Shown piece by piece: positions 12,611 to 24,597 of a stretch of DNA of 64,000 nucleotides (within the stretch, counting starts at the first letter, position 1; each line of letters begins with the position of its first letter). The DNA comes from Takakia lepidozioides (Eukaryota; Plantae; Bryophyta), in the NCBI GenBank assembly GCA_030704615.1, contig CM060732.1:10168001-10232000 (forward strand), written 5' to 3'. Below the pieces are notes generated by a model. That model saw nothing but the letters and a program-made list of their open reading frames with translations, was not told the origin of the DNA and ran no database searches. Made by a program: the position numbers and the translations under genes.

Positions 12611-15467
12611 CGGCCACCAAGACGGGTGAAATGTACCTTGGCAAGCACATCACCTGTTCGGGGGCCCGGTATGGGCACCTTTTGGATGTCACCCCCATAG
12701 CGACCCCTTCCTCTGCAGCAAAGGCTGCACTTGCCAAGGCCCAACGTCAGGTTCAAGGGCCTTTGAAAGCCTCCATTGCCAGCCCATTGTTGTCGATGAG
12801 GGAGGAGGAGACGAGGAGGGCCAATGAAGTGGCCAAGATAGCGAAGCGCCTCGAAGAAGTCAAGCCGGGTGAGGGCTTCTACCCTGATACGCATTTGGGG
12901 GGGGGAGAGGAGGAGGTATGGGCCGGTTCGGAGCAGCCTAGCCGATCAGCGACACCGCCCCCTAAGCCTGAGTGGTCAGCAAAGAAGGGCCTGGACTACG
13001 GGGCGCTGCCGCCGGCTATGCTCCACATCTGCAATCTACTTCCAGTGGCGCTCCGGGAGGGGATAGAGCGGGCACATCCGGCAACGGGGACCCCTCCCAC
13101 ATCGGTGACACCAGGGGCAAGTCGACAAGCTTGCAAAGGTACACTGTCGCACCTTGTTCCATGATTTATCCTTTCCTTTGCATGCATGATTTTCTTTGTT
13201 GTTTGTTTCTTTTTTTTGAATTTGGAGGGGCTATTTGTCTTCAAGAGGCAGCAACATGGCTGGCCTCATTGGTGCAGTCCAGTGGGGTTGCCAATGAGGG
13301 AGAGCACGTGGTGTTCATGAAGGACCCGAACACCAAAGGTAAGAAGAAGAGGCCTCGATCTCCCGAGATCCCTTTTACCATCAATGAAGGGGCTGCCGAG
13401 GAGAGAGAGAGAAGGGAGAGGGAGAAGGAGAGAGAGGAAGTAGCGAGGAAGGGAAGGAGATGGTCGTGGAGAAGGGGAAGGAAAAGAAGAAGAAGAAAAA
13501 GAAGTCCCATGGAGAGGAAGGGGTGAGTGTGCATGCGGGGGAGGGCAGTGGGGTAACAAAGGAGCAGGGGAAGGAGGCTACAAAGAAGGGAGAGGGTGGC
13601 CTTGGCAATACATGACGTGGAGTTGGCAAAGATCGTGGTGCCACCGGTGGAGGTGAATCGCCATGGTGACCCCTGCGGTGCGTTCTGGGAGGCTATGAAG
13701 AAGCCAGCCTTCGAACTCGCATTGAGGTGGTTCCCTTTGCACATCGAGTGGGCTGATCAGCACTTTGGCGCGAAGCGGGCGTATGCCCGTGAGTTAGACC
13801 GCCGGTTTCCGGGCAATTGGAGTGACACAAGGGTGATGGAGATGGTGGGGCGAAACTTGAAGGACAGGAGGTACCGTGCCAGACAGATCATTCGGAGGGC
13901 AATGGAAAATGGGGCCATACCCAAACCACCTTATGGAATTACACATGTTGGCAAATCCTGAATCATGTCACCTTCCATTTGTCGCATGTGCATTAATGAG
14001 GTGGATTCGATGCAACGTATGTGTGTAATTCACTAATTGTTGGGGGGGGGGGGGGGGGGGGTTGCATAGGTATCGTGGGATGCACTCATTGCGGGAGAAG
14101 ACTGATGCCGCAAACAAGGCCAAATTTGACCGGGCACGCAAAGCAACAACAGTCCGCCTTGACAAGCACAAATCCACACACAAGTGGGGCGCCGGCGGAT
14201 CCAAGGATTTTATCTTGCGATTTGTCAGTCGTACTTCCCTATGGATTTTGTTATGTCTTCTTTCTGGCTCCATCATCGCGAAGAACTGACTTTAATTTGT
14301 GGCATGTGTAGCAACGCGCATTTGAGAGAAGCCATCTCCGGTAGAGTACAACTACGCCAAGGAGCATGGTTGGCAATCCCTCATGAAGAACATGGCCAAC
14401 ACAGAGGGGATGAGTGCACTACAGGGCACTAGTATGGATGAGGTCGAGGGTCATGCCCGGGGATTGGATGAGAGCTCTGTGGGACTTAGGGGAACGCCGC
14501 CTCATTTACGTGCTCTTGCAAAGGACGCGGAGTCATCAGGCTCATCGGATAGCTCTGAGTCCTCCACTGAGGATGAGGATGAGGATGACTAGTCCTAGTC
14601 CATGTAGGTCCCAGGGTCAGTCTATTGAACCCTTGTGAGTTTTTCAGCTCATTTCTTGTAAATATATTTCCATCTTTCCATCTTCCATCCTCACCCTCGA
14701 TTCATGCTTGCTCAATTGTGTACCTCTAACTCAGAGAAATGGAACTGTAAGTTCTCCCATCCCCAAATACAAAACCAGGAAAAAAACAAAAACCACCCCC
14801 AATTCACCCCCAAAATGAACCCCCAACCCCCCCCACCAGGCTGCCCTCGCGACTGCAGCACGTCGCCAATGGCGACGTGTTTTTTGGGCGGGGGTCGCAC
14901 GCAACGACGGTCGGGCGTCGCAAACCCCATTTGCCGGCGGCAACGCCCGACACCCCCTGCGACGTGTTCTTTAGTTCAGGGGTCGCAAGCCGTGACGCCT
15001 TGGCGTTGCGGAGACCGCCACCCTGCCTACGCCACGTTTTTTTTTTAATTAAATTTAAACAAAAGCGACGTCGGCGCGACGCAACAACCCACGCCCGGAG
15101 ACCGACTCTTGCTGTTTTGTGCCACGCCCAATAGTCGTTTGTAGCGACGCACGGGCGTTGCTTGGCGTACCACCCCGGCTGACTCCCGAGCAGGTTTAAA
15201 ATTAAAAAAAAAGGTGCGACGCCGCGCCGGCGCCCCCACCAACGCCGTCGGCTGGAGGGCCGCAATGGCGCGACGTCGCTCGAAGAGGCTCCTGCCATCG
15301 GCGCGGACGGCCTGAAAAACCGACACCCGGTAGTCGCGGGAGTTGGGCAGGGGCTCGCGACCCCCATAACGTCGCAAATTCTGCGCCTCCCGTGTGCCTG
15401 GAAATGGCGTTTTCCCGACGCTGCGGCGTGGCGCGGGCGTCGCAAAGGCCCCCCTTTTCCTGTAGTG
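12611..15467 (+). mobile_element. CACTA/EnSpm element, right-hand fragment with TnpA-like exons
   Basis: Ends in CCCCCTTTTCCTGTAGTG (TAGTG at 15463-15467) after dense GCGAC/GTCGC subterminal motifs at ~14850-15445. ORF 13596-13961 and neighbours resemble the CACTA accessory (TnpA-type) protein, which is an inference. Confidence 0.8.
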
Positions 15468-16420
15468 CCTGCCTTCATCTAGACAATTTTGGAGGCATGC
15501 ACTGACCTGGAGGGCAGAGTGCTGAACCTCATCTGTGGAACAGGTATGCAGATTTTTGTACTATGCTATTTTGTGAATTCTCATTCTGTTCAAATTCGCC
15601 ATGTGTGAAGGGCCATTTTTCAATGAGTGGATGGCATTGTAACAGGTGCCTCAATGTGGGCTGGGCGATTTTCCGACCGACACCTCTTCGCCTACGAGGA
15701 GGACACATCCGTCTGGGGATCCCATCTGGAAGGGCTTCAACGAAAATGTGAAGGCTCCCATCGAAGCCAAAGATTCCTCGGATTTGTCGGACTCGGAGGA
15801 AGAGACAGTGGATATTGATGCCGAGGAGAACCCGGAATACGAGTGAGTGCAAACATTGCAAGTTTGCAAAGATTTCTCGGTGATTTTTTGTCAAACGCAT
15901 TTCCGGACTGTGGTTCTCATTGGTCTCGTGGGTGATTGTTATGTGCAGGATTCCAGGATCCGGGTCAAAACATGTAGGGCCTACACTTCTTGCCAGGACG
16001 AATGTCCCGTTCTTTGTGAGGGCCGACTTCATGAAGAGCCCGGTGAAGGACTACTCTCTTCCTAGTTATGCAGCTAAACTCGCAAATACAGCGATTAGAC
16101 GATGTGAGAATCCCAATAAAGTAGAGCAGATTTTGGAGAGGGCTAGGGAGGACAGAAGGATAAGGAAAGAGTTGGCAGCAGCTGAGACAGGTAGACGGGT
16201 GCGAAAGTTCATATGTGATTCAGTGGAAGAGAGCGATGCAGACAGGGAGGACGACGACCCAACGGAGGTGAGATGGTCGGTTCCGCAAGGGGAAGATGGG
16301 ATTTTCGAAAGCCTGGCCAATGAGCAGACCGCTGGACATGAGAAAGGCAATGACGGGGTGGAAGGGGAGCAGGACAGTCAAGGACAGGACGACGATAGTG
16401 ATGATTTTCAAGATTGGTAG
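15468..16420 (+). pseudogene. 3' exons of the RING cargo gene (second copy of 49744-50690)
   Basis: EEETVDIDAEENPEY and YAAKLANTAIRR..RAREDRRIRKELAAA are shared with 49903-50690. Confidence 0.8.
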
Positions 16421-16553
16421 AATTTTAATTAACTCTCTGTACATTTAAATTCTCTTCCAAAGTATATAAAGGAAATTCTCCCTGTCCTTCATGTCCCCTC
16501 TCCCATGTGCTTCTCAACGACACCATCGTCCAAACCACGTCCCTCTCAAAATC

Positions 16554-17193
16554 GGAAATGCGGCACCGCATTTCCATGTCGGAACGGAAATGTGGGAACT
16601 GCAAAAACCTCGTTTGGAAATGCGGCACCGCATTTCCAAAACCGGGGCAAGAACAATTTTCCGTTTCCTGGTTTGGACATCAGAAACAGTTCGGCTGAAC
16701 GGAAATGCGGTGCCGCATTTCCGTTTTCGACACGGCAGTTTTAGGGAAATGGAAATGCCACCCCGCATGCGGAGGTCGAACACATTATTTACATGGCGGA
16801 CATGGAAATGCGGTGCCGCATTTCCATTTTGGAGATGGACGTTTTTCCAACTCCAGACCCATTGACGGAAATGCGGCGCCGCATTCCATGATGCTGGACG
16901 GGAAGCCGGCACCGCATCCCATTGTCCAATAAGAAATTTCGATGACGTACATGGAAATGCGGCGCCGCATTTCCAGAACGGACATCGTTGTTTTTCCAAT
17001 TCCAGACCCTTGGACGGAAATGCGGCACCACATTCCATTGTCCAATAAGAAATTTCGCTGACATACATGGAAATGCGGCGCCGCATTTCCAGAACAGACA
17101 TCGTTGTTTGTCCAACTCCAGACCCTTGGACGGAAATGTGGCACCACATTCCATTGTACAGTACGAAAATTTTGATGACGGACATGGAAATGC
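16554..17193. repeat. Array of ~12 copies of the 22-bp palindrome GGAAATGCGGCGCCGCATTTCC
   Basis: Copies at ~16554, 16616, 16701, 16751, 16804, 16867, 16901, 16953, 17016, 17069, 17132 and 17186, some degenerate. Confidence 0.92.
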
Positions 17194-17257
17194 AGACTGG
17201 TGTCTCACATTTAGCAACTCCAGACAAATCTAAGTCCTTCCACCTTCTACATGGGCG

Positions 17258-17828
17258 TCACCAAGTCGACGGAACTTTGATAGCCCTCAAAACAAGCTCA
17301 TTACTGAACCGGCACCTCCAGGTAAACTGTAATGCGGTCGTTCTGGTGCCCTTGGTGGAGCTGACGACAATGTCATGCCCATCAATGATACCACCATCAT
17401 ACATTGACAAGCTGATTGTGGGCCTCATGTGCCCGTGCGATTCGTCTTTGCAACTCAGCCGAATGTCTCCATACACTGGAAGAGCGGATTGAACTCCACG
17501 AATATAGTTTTCCCCGGTGCCGTCCTCTCTGGTCCACTGGCAACAGTTCCAATGCCAAAGCGAGGCCGTGCGTGATCTATCCGGCATCCCATTCCAGCTT
17601 GGTATATCGAGGTCAACAATTTTCAGGACCGCATTGACCCTCGCCCTCACCTCGCTTAAAGCGGTAATAGCCCTCCAAATACTCCATTACGCGCAAAGAC
17701 TCCCGCTTGATTCCAGAAGCGTCTGTGAAAACAGAGAGCCAGACAGTGATGTCTCCTGATTCTGGTTTGAACATAGCATAATCGTGGCCATGATAAGGGC
17801 AGTCAGCAGGATTGTGGCGGCACGACAT
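17258..17828 (-). pseudogene. Frameshifted copy of the unknown ~190-aa protein at 51734-52312
   Basis: MSCRHNPADCPYHGHDY...VPSTW is split over ORFs 17613 and 17258 by a small deletion near 17628. Confidence 0.85.
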
Positions 17829-18348
17829 CCTTGCAAAAGATTAGCGGAGTACGCTCAATGACAACAGCTCCCGGATGGAGGAGGCAGCAGTGCGGTGGCT
17901 GGAAGAAGTTTAAGCAAACGTTGCAATTCCTCACTAACACTCCAGGGCACATTTAAATTTCCCCCCTACAGGAACCTGCACGGATGAAGATTGGCTGCTC
18001 CATGAATGTAGCCGTTTCAGTTTCCTTCCGTGCCATGCAAACTATGGGCAGTAAGTGCCAGGTGGGCCTATAGCCACTCGAGACGACAAAGTCCATCCCC
18101 CCTTCGATGTAAATGCAGTGCCGAATTTCCATCCGGGGGATGGACTTCGGCTGCAGATTTCAAACTATACCCGTGGATGAGAAAGAGGTATCGGTTCATC
18201 CACCGTTGGTGTGATGAACACATTACACGATGATTGGTGGGCACGTGGGACCCAGATGCTCCATTATTGGAGCCCGCACTGCTCTTCCGCTTCTCATCAT
18301 TTCAAAAATCTAAGTGCTTCGTTGTTGTCCGCAAGGTCATTGTCATCT

Positions 18349-19169
18349 TCATGCATATGAGTTCACCTTCCTTTCCTCCCAGCCTTCAAACTCTACTCGC
18401 TTAATGGATAGCAACGCTATCACATAAACCAGTGTTGGTAACCAACGTGCTCTTCCTCTACAGGCCACCTGATAAATCTTTATCACTCCTTTCTCCAGAC
18501 CCCACTCAGGGTCAGCATCATGCACTATTTTAAGAATGTTTTCTTTACAACCGTCTGGCAATTCCAAGAACCTCTGAAAGAATCGTTTGGACAATCTTTC
18601 CTTCTCAGTTTCACAGGGAATTTGATTCACATCAAATTCTTTAATTCTCCAACCACCATGATCCCACCAGATGCCTGTCACATCTGGTTGTTCATGTATG
18701 GTCGCCAAATGTCGAGTGGCTTTTACTCACCCATCCCTTCGCTATCCGAGGTGGAAACTCCAAGATAGAAGAGTTGGATATCTCTAAGCACTCAGCCCGC
18801 TCAGTACAATCAGTCATGACCTGCAGCTAGTGAATCATGGTTGTGCTTCCCCTTTGTATTTCTTCTTGCCTTCATGTTAACAATTTACCTTATCTGATAC
18901 CTAAGCATCAGTTTGCTTCAGTATCTTCTTAGTTCTAGTTAATCATGCATTCATTTCACAGCTTCACTCATGTTTCTCTACACAGTGTGCTTGTATCGAA
19001 TAAGTATCAGATTACGATTTATCAGGTACTAGGCCAATGTCAAATGACTCTAATCCGCCCTACAGTATCACTACAGCTCTGCATGAAGTAAAGCATCTAC
19101 TGTTCATCTCTCCTCCTACTCCGTGCTCTCGTTCTTTCTCTCCGCCTGATCTCCTCTCCTCCATGACCA
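18349..19169 (-). mobile_element. Gypsy family A fragment: partial LTR (18710-19169), PBS and ORF0 piece
   Basis: Reverse complement of ~11590-12425. Confidence 0.9.
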
Positions 19170-19271
19170 GGGTCTATCCCACTCTTGGCACCAGACCTAA
19201 ATTTAAAGTCAGGGCAGGAAGACTACCTTTGAACAGTAAACAGAAGCAGAGAGGAAATGGAGAGTGAAATT
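19170..19271 (+). mobile_element. ~100-bp LINE fragment
   Basis: Matches 33135-33235 (PTLGTR.KFK.RAG.LPLNSKQKQRG.GE). Confidence 0.85.
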
Positions 19272-20364
19272 TCCCTGACGTACCTCTGCTGCTGCTGCTG
19301 CTTGAAGCGAGCTGGCGCGGCGAGCTGCTGCGGTGTTGTCGCGGCTGCCAGCGGCGTGGGTCCCCGCCGTTGCAGGGCGTTTTTCCCCCGCTCACCACGG
19401 CTCTCTCTCTTTTCAGCTCGTTAGAGCGCGGCTCTGTGCGGCGTTCCTACCACACAGGGGAGAGAGATGATGCCCGTGCTTAGGGCAAGAAAAAAAGACA
19501 AAAAGTGAGGGAGGAGGCGGTGCTTACCTTGGGCGTTGGAGCGGCGTTGGGGCAAACTCCTTGGGGCCTTGCGACCACCTCGGGCTCAGCAGCAGGTGCG
19601 TTTCTCCTCCACCCTAAACCCCACTCTCTGAACTACCTCTCTCCCAAAGAACAAACGAAAAAGGGAGGGGAAAGAGATGCTTCAAGCACTTAGGGGAAAA
19701 AAAGGGCGCGGTGCCCACGTGCGACGTCCGGCCGTCGCACGCCTGCGCTCGCCTTTTTTTTGAAATGTAAAAGTGAAGTTTGCGATGGCTGGCCGTCGTT
19801 TCTTGCGACCCCCGACTATAAATATAAAAAAACATGTCGCCCCCCACGACGGCTGTCCGTCGCGGGGTGCGACCCCCAGGTAAAAAACAAAAAAAAAACT
19901 CGTCGTCCAATGCGACGCCAGGGTGTCGCAGGAGGCGACGGCCGGCCTTTCTGGATTTAGGGTTTAGGGCCTTTTGGGTTTCTTAGTTTATATATATATA
20001 TATATATATTCATATGGTACTGGGTTAGGGTGTTTGCTTTTCTTTATGGTGCTGGGTTTTGGATTGGCGGTTTTGGTTGTGGGTCTTGGGGTTAAAAGGA
20101 TAAACGGTGTAATTAGGATTCACATACATAAAATGTGGTTCAATCTAATAATCGCAAAGCGCTAGGTCTCAACAAAATTTTCCATAGTGTGAGCATCCTG
20201 AAGATAGAGCGAGATGAAGGATTTATTGTCTTGGGCTCTAGCACCATAGGGATGCTCCGCCTCTGGTTACCAATTTTGAAAGTCCTAAGGCTGAGGCATA
20301 AGGTTTTTTGGCCAACGGTTTTTGAGAAATGAAATTGTTGGTGGTGTGTGTTAATTAGGATGGG

Positions 20365-20754
20365 ATGGTGAGGAAACATCGACCCGTCTCCCTCGAGGAT
20401 GGGGAGGTAGTACCACATATCGATTGTGGCCCTAAGGCGATCATTTTTCATGGCGAGGAGGCACCCATTGCACCTGATCCAATACAGGCTGCCGGGCACA
20501 ATCGTAGAAGGGCCCAATTTTCAGGTGATGCGGAGGATGTTGACACTCCGGGATTGAGTCGGGCGCGCCGCGGGTTGCCCCCTCGTGGGCCACCCCGTCC
20601 AACCACGTCCACCTTTGACCCCCCCGACAGGATTGAGTGTTGGTGCACTAAGTGTTGGGAACGGATACCGCCGGGCGGCACCAGACCACCGAGGCGGCGA
20701 CCACATGTTGTCGAAAAACATTACAAGAAGAACAAGATTGCGGATGCGGCAAAG
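20365..20754 (+). CDS. Probable first coding exon with a transposase-associated-domain-like Cys/His motif
   Basis: IECWCTKC...VVEKHY resembles the CACTA N-terminal CPCxxC..H motif. Strong phase-0 donor AAG/GTGAGT at 20754/20755. Confidence 0.65.
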
Positions 20755-21106
20755 GTGAGTGTTTTTCCCACCCCTCTCATTAACATTCATTCAAGGTACA
20801 TTTAGGTTTATCTAATAATATAGTATGATTGGTAAGCATACATGAATCAAAATTACGACATAAGTATTGATGCATCGTTCACTACGCACATTGCAGCCAC
20901 GACTTGATGCCCAAGCTCGCAATTACATTGCACAGGAGGCATTTCGCGCCGGTCTACTTGCAGAATTTGTGCCAGAGCATGTGCCCGATGTGACCAGTTG
21001 GTTCCCCTAGCAGCACGTAGATGATATGCGTAGGGTCGAGGGATATCGTAGGTGTCGTAGGCGTTATGGCCGGCGACGAGCAGGCCCACCCCCCCCCCCC
21101 CTCTAG

Positions 21107-22081
21107 ATTCCTCAGGCGGTCCCCCTGATTGTGGCCTCCCCCCCCCCCCCCCCCCCCCTCCCGTCTGTTTCTTTGCCTGATCCACCTCCGGTTGTACCTG
21201 ATCCGGACGTTGTACCCCCGGCTGCACCTCCGACATTACATCCTCAACCACCTCCACTTGCATATCCTCCGCCAGCAGTACCACCTCCACCTCCACCTCC
21301 ACCTCCACGTGCATGTGCCCCCCGAACCCCTAGGAGGGGTCGGCTTCGCCCTAGGTTTCCTCCCCTTCGGCTTGGGCGGCCTGAGCCAGATCCTCGCCCC
21401 CGATGGGAAGCGCATAGGACTATGTTACTGAGGACCGTCCAGCCTCGTTGTTGGGGGAATCATCTTGACCCTCCCACCCCCATCCGAGAAAATGTGGAGT
21501 TCGAGTATTGGGGGAGACAGTATGTTGTGAGAGCCGCTACAGACCCTGCTATGGGTCAGGGTTTATTCACGGTCAATGATATTGTGGTTCCTCCTTGGAG
21601 AAACAACATGGTGGACTTGTTTCCCTACTACGGTCCATACTACACCTCCGCGGAGTTCCGTACATTACGCCTCGAAGCCCCATACATCCTACCCTACATT
21701 TTGTGTGTCAACGGACAGGATGTACGTAGACGGGGGTTGTCTCCCATTGAGATCAGATTTTGTGATGGTGACCCCGACAACTTCGGCAATGTTGCTGGGC
21801 TGGTCAATAGTTCTTTTGGTCATCCTAGGAGAACCAATGTAGTATGGGACGAGCGAAGCGATGGGCATGAAAACTTTTGTGGTCATACGTCAGTATACTG
21901 TGAGGGGATGCACATGTTTGTGATGACATGTGCTAGTAGGACTATTAGGGCTGGCAGCGAACTATTTGCATCATACGAGTTCTCCCGGGATGATTGGGAC
22001 CTCCGATTACAGCGTGAGTGGGATGTGTATGATAGAAATAGGGTTCTTTTGAGACAGGGATCGCGTAGAGAGGCATTGTAG
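21107..22081 (+). CDS. Proline-rich linker plus SET-domain protein (putative lysine methyltransferase)
   Basis: SET motifs in canonical order: GQGLF, PYYG, GNVAGLVNSS, RTIRAGSELFASY. The frame is uninterrupted, with in-frame acceptors at 21106 and 21115. Confidence 0.82.
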   Translation: MPQAVPLIVASPPPPPPLPSVSLPDPPPVVPDPDVVPPAAPPTLHPQPPPLAYPPPAVPPPPPPPPPRACAPRTPRRGRLRPRFPPLRLGRPEPDPRPRWEAHRTMLLRTVQPRCWGNHLDPPTPIRENVEFEYWGRQYVVRAATDPAMGQGLFTVNDIVVPPWRNNMVDLFPYYGPYYTSAEFRTLRLEAPYILPYILCVNGQDVRRRGLSPIEIRFCDGDPDNFGNVAGLVNSSFGHPRRTNVVWDERSDGHENFCGHTSVYCEGMHMFVMTCASRTIRAGSELFASYEFSRDDWDLRLQREWDVYDRNRVLLRQGSRREAL

Positions 22082-23057
22082 ATATTCTCATGATGTACTT
22101 TGTATACATCCGATTAATCGATTGATGTAAAAAAAAATCTTGTTGCTCGTGTGGGTTGCAACTTTGCATATGTGATCTAAACATACTCATGCACATGTGG
22201 ACCAAATATGAGCTTGAACCAAGTTGATTCAATGGGTCATTCTAGTGTTGAACGCAGCTACGTGTCATAGAGACGGGAAATTGTGTTTCGCCTGCAGATG
22301 ATTTTTTTTTTATTCCATTTTCAAGCCATATGCTTAATGATAGCATATGCAATGTGCGTGCAAAGTTTGGGAGTAAACAAAAGTCATTTGGACCCATAAC
22401 CAGATTTTGTTCTCTCATTTGTACTCCAAAGTTGAGTTATCTTCAACTTCATGCACTCTTCATAGAGAGTTCTGCAAAAGTGACCCTAGAAACACACTTA
22501 TTTTTTTTCCATGTTTTGCATGGATGTAGTGGTGCAAAGCCCGATGTCACAGAATAAAAGAGCTAAAAATAAAATCATTACGCCCCTCAAAACCGCAATA
22601 ATATATTTTCTAAATGCAAATATTTATTTTAAATTCATTTAAATTCGATTTAATTCAAAATTGGTGCAAGGGTGAGTGCGTCGTTGGGGAGGCAAATTTT
22701 TTTTTTCCCCCTGCTGGATCTTTGTACAGGTGTTGCACACATATTTAAGCACATGTAGGAAAAAATGAAGCTTGAGCCACATCCGTTTGTTGGGTGCAAT
22801 GGCATGAGAGGATTTTCTTTCACATTAATAAACAAAAATTGGTTGATAGGGTGAATGCGTCATTGGGGGGGCAAATGATTTTGTTTGGGTTTGAAACTTT
22901 GCATGCATGTACGTTGCGCACATACATGTAATTATTGAATGACATATTTGATGCACACACACATTGAAGGTTGTTGTTTGCATTTCGCTTATAATGAAGT
23001 GTATGGTTGCAATGACATATTATAATATATGTCCCTATGTTCATTTGTTCGTATCAG

Positions 23058-24430
23058 GACTTTGTCCATCCCTTCCCGGTCTTTTCTCTTGGCACCCCAT
23101 CCGAAAACAACCCAAGTACATCAGGCGGGAGCCGTGGGCGAGACGCCGCCCCCATGGTACCGGATGATGATGATGATGACAGTGATAGTGACAGTGACAA
23201 CAACAATGAGCATGGAATTAACCAGGAGGATGTGCAAGCCATGGATGATCTCTTAATGCATCATGTGGGCGCTGATGCATCCCATGAAGAGGGAACCCGG
23301 CCAATCGATGATCCTGAAATGGCCCCCTCAAATGACATGGAGAGGGAGGCGAGAACTCCCTTGTACGAGGGGGCGAAAGTGAGTCGACTTTCAACAATCT
23401 TACTTTTGCTCAATCTTCAAATTCGATTTGGCATAAGTAATGTTGGGATGTCTGCCATAATGTGAATTATTGCAGACTATATCCTTGCTCCACACTTGAA
23501 ACCCAAGATGCCACGGTTGCGGAAAGAGGCACGCGAAGTCTTGGACTCTGTGGGGATGGGCTATAAGATTTTTCATGCATGTCCATGTGATAAAACCCTA
23601 TGCTACGGAGAGGATTCGCATCTCACCAAGTGCCCAAAGTGCAAGAAAGACTGATATCGGGATGATGTCCAAGGAAAAAAAGTACCACGCAAGGTATAAG
23701 CACCATTCCCCCTCGCATGGAGATTATTAGAGAGTAGTACTCATGCAAGATCTGATTGTGGTTTTGGAAGGAGTGAGTGAGGAGTGGAAGGAGCGACGTT
23801 TGGTTTTGACCATTCACACCCAAATAAGGGAGAGGCTACATAAAGGGAAAGGCATAAGGGTGTTGTATTATGTGTGCTAATGAGATGATTACATGTGGGG
23901 GGCGTGGGGTATTTCATCCTAGAAAATGCATTACTTTCCGATCATCCCGCGATTGAGGGCACAGTACCAAAGCCCCGAATTGGCCAGACTCATGAGATGG
24001 CACGCCTCGCATCGGAGCCCCCCGAGAAAGGTGTGCGGGCCACAAGATTCACAAGCATGGAGGCATATTGAAGAGATGTGGCCTTTTCTCTTGGAGGACC
24101 CACGACATGTCCACCTCGGCTTCTCCTCGGATGGTAGGGATGTTGTAATTCACCATGGTCACCGGCCAAGTGGAATGACTACATGACTGGACAGAGAATG
24201 GGTTCATTTTGTAGTATAATATGCATATTGGTAGCATTGAAACAATGATGTGAATGTCTCAAAGGGAAAAAACAAGTGGCAAACATGGACACGTACTTGC
24301 GACCTCTTGTTGATGAACTTAAAGAGCTATGGAGGGGGGTCCCGACATTGGATGCTTCACTTGACCCTATGGCCGGACAATCTTTTCAGATGAGAGGCAT
24401 CTTGCTTTGGACAATGCATGATTATCCAGA
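23058..24430 (+). pseudogene. CACTA TnpD-type transposase, 5' part (Transposase_21 region)
   Basis: HACPCD..CPKCK..VPRK, HYFPIIPRL, DSQAW..HVHLGFSSDG, MDTYLRPLVDEL..WTMHDYP; contains stops and a micro-inversion. Confidence 0.88.
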
Positions 24431-24597
24431 TATATTATGTTCCCCATGAACAACCCGCGTACATTCACTTGTCAATGCCGGATGAGGATGAGGATGAGGA
24501 TTGGGATTGATTGAAGTAGCGGCGACAGTCTTGTGCACCGTAGTGGGGTAAATGGCATTATGGGCCATGCACATGACAACTTTTTGGGATGTGTAGT

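Noticed and set aside
14700-15478. ORFs in the GC-rich CACTA subterminal regions (also 60029-60712)
   Set aside because: They are open in many frames because of GC-rich repeats and show no protein motifs.
16554-17193. CRISPR array (palindromic repeats with spacers)
   Set aside because: The context is eukaryotic transposon DNA with no cas genes. Spacer lengths are irregular and some spacers are duplicates of each other.
19955-19970. Telomeric repeat (TTTAGGG x2; also ~59940-59960)
   Set aside because: Only about two units, inside the CACTA inverted segment; at most a telo-box.
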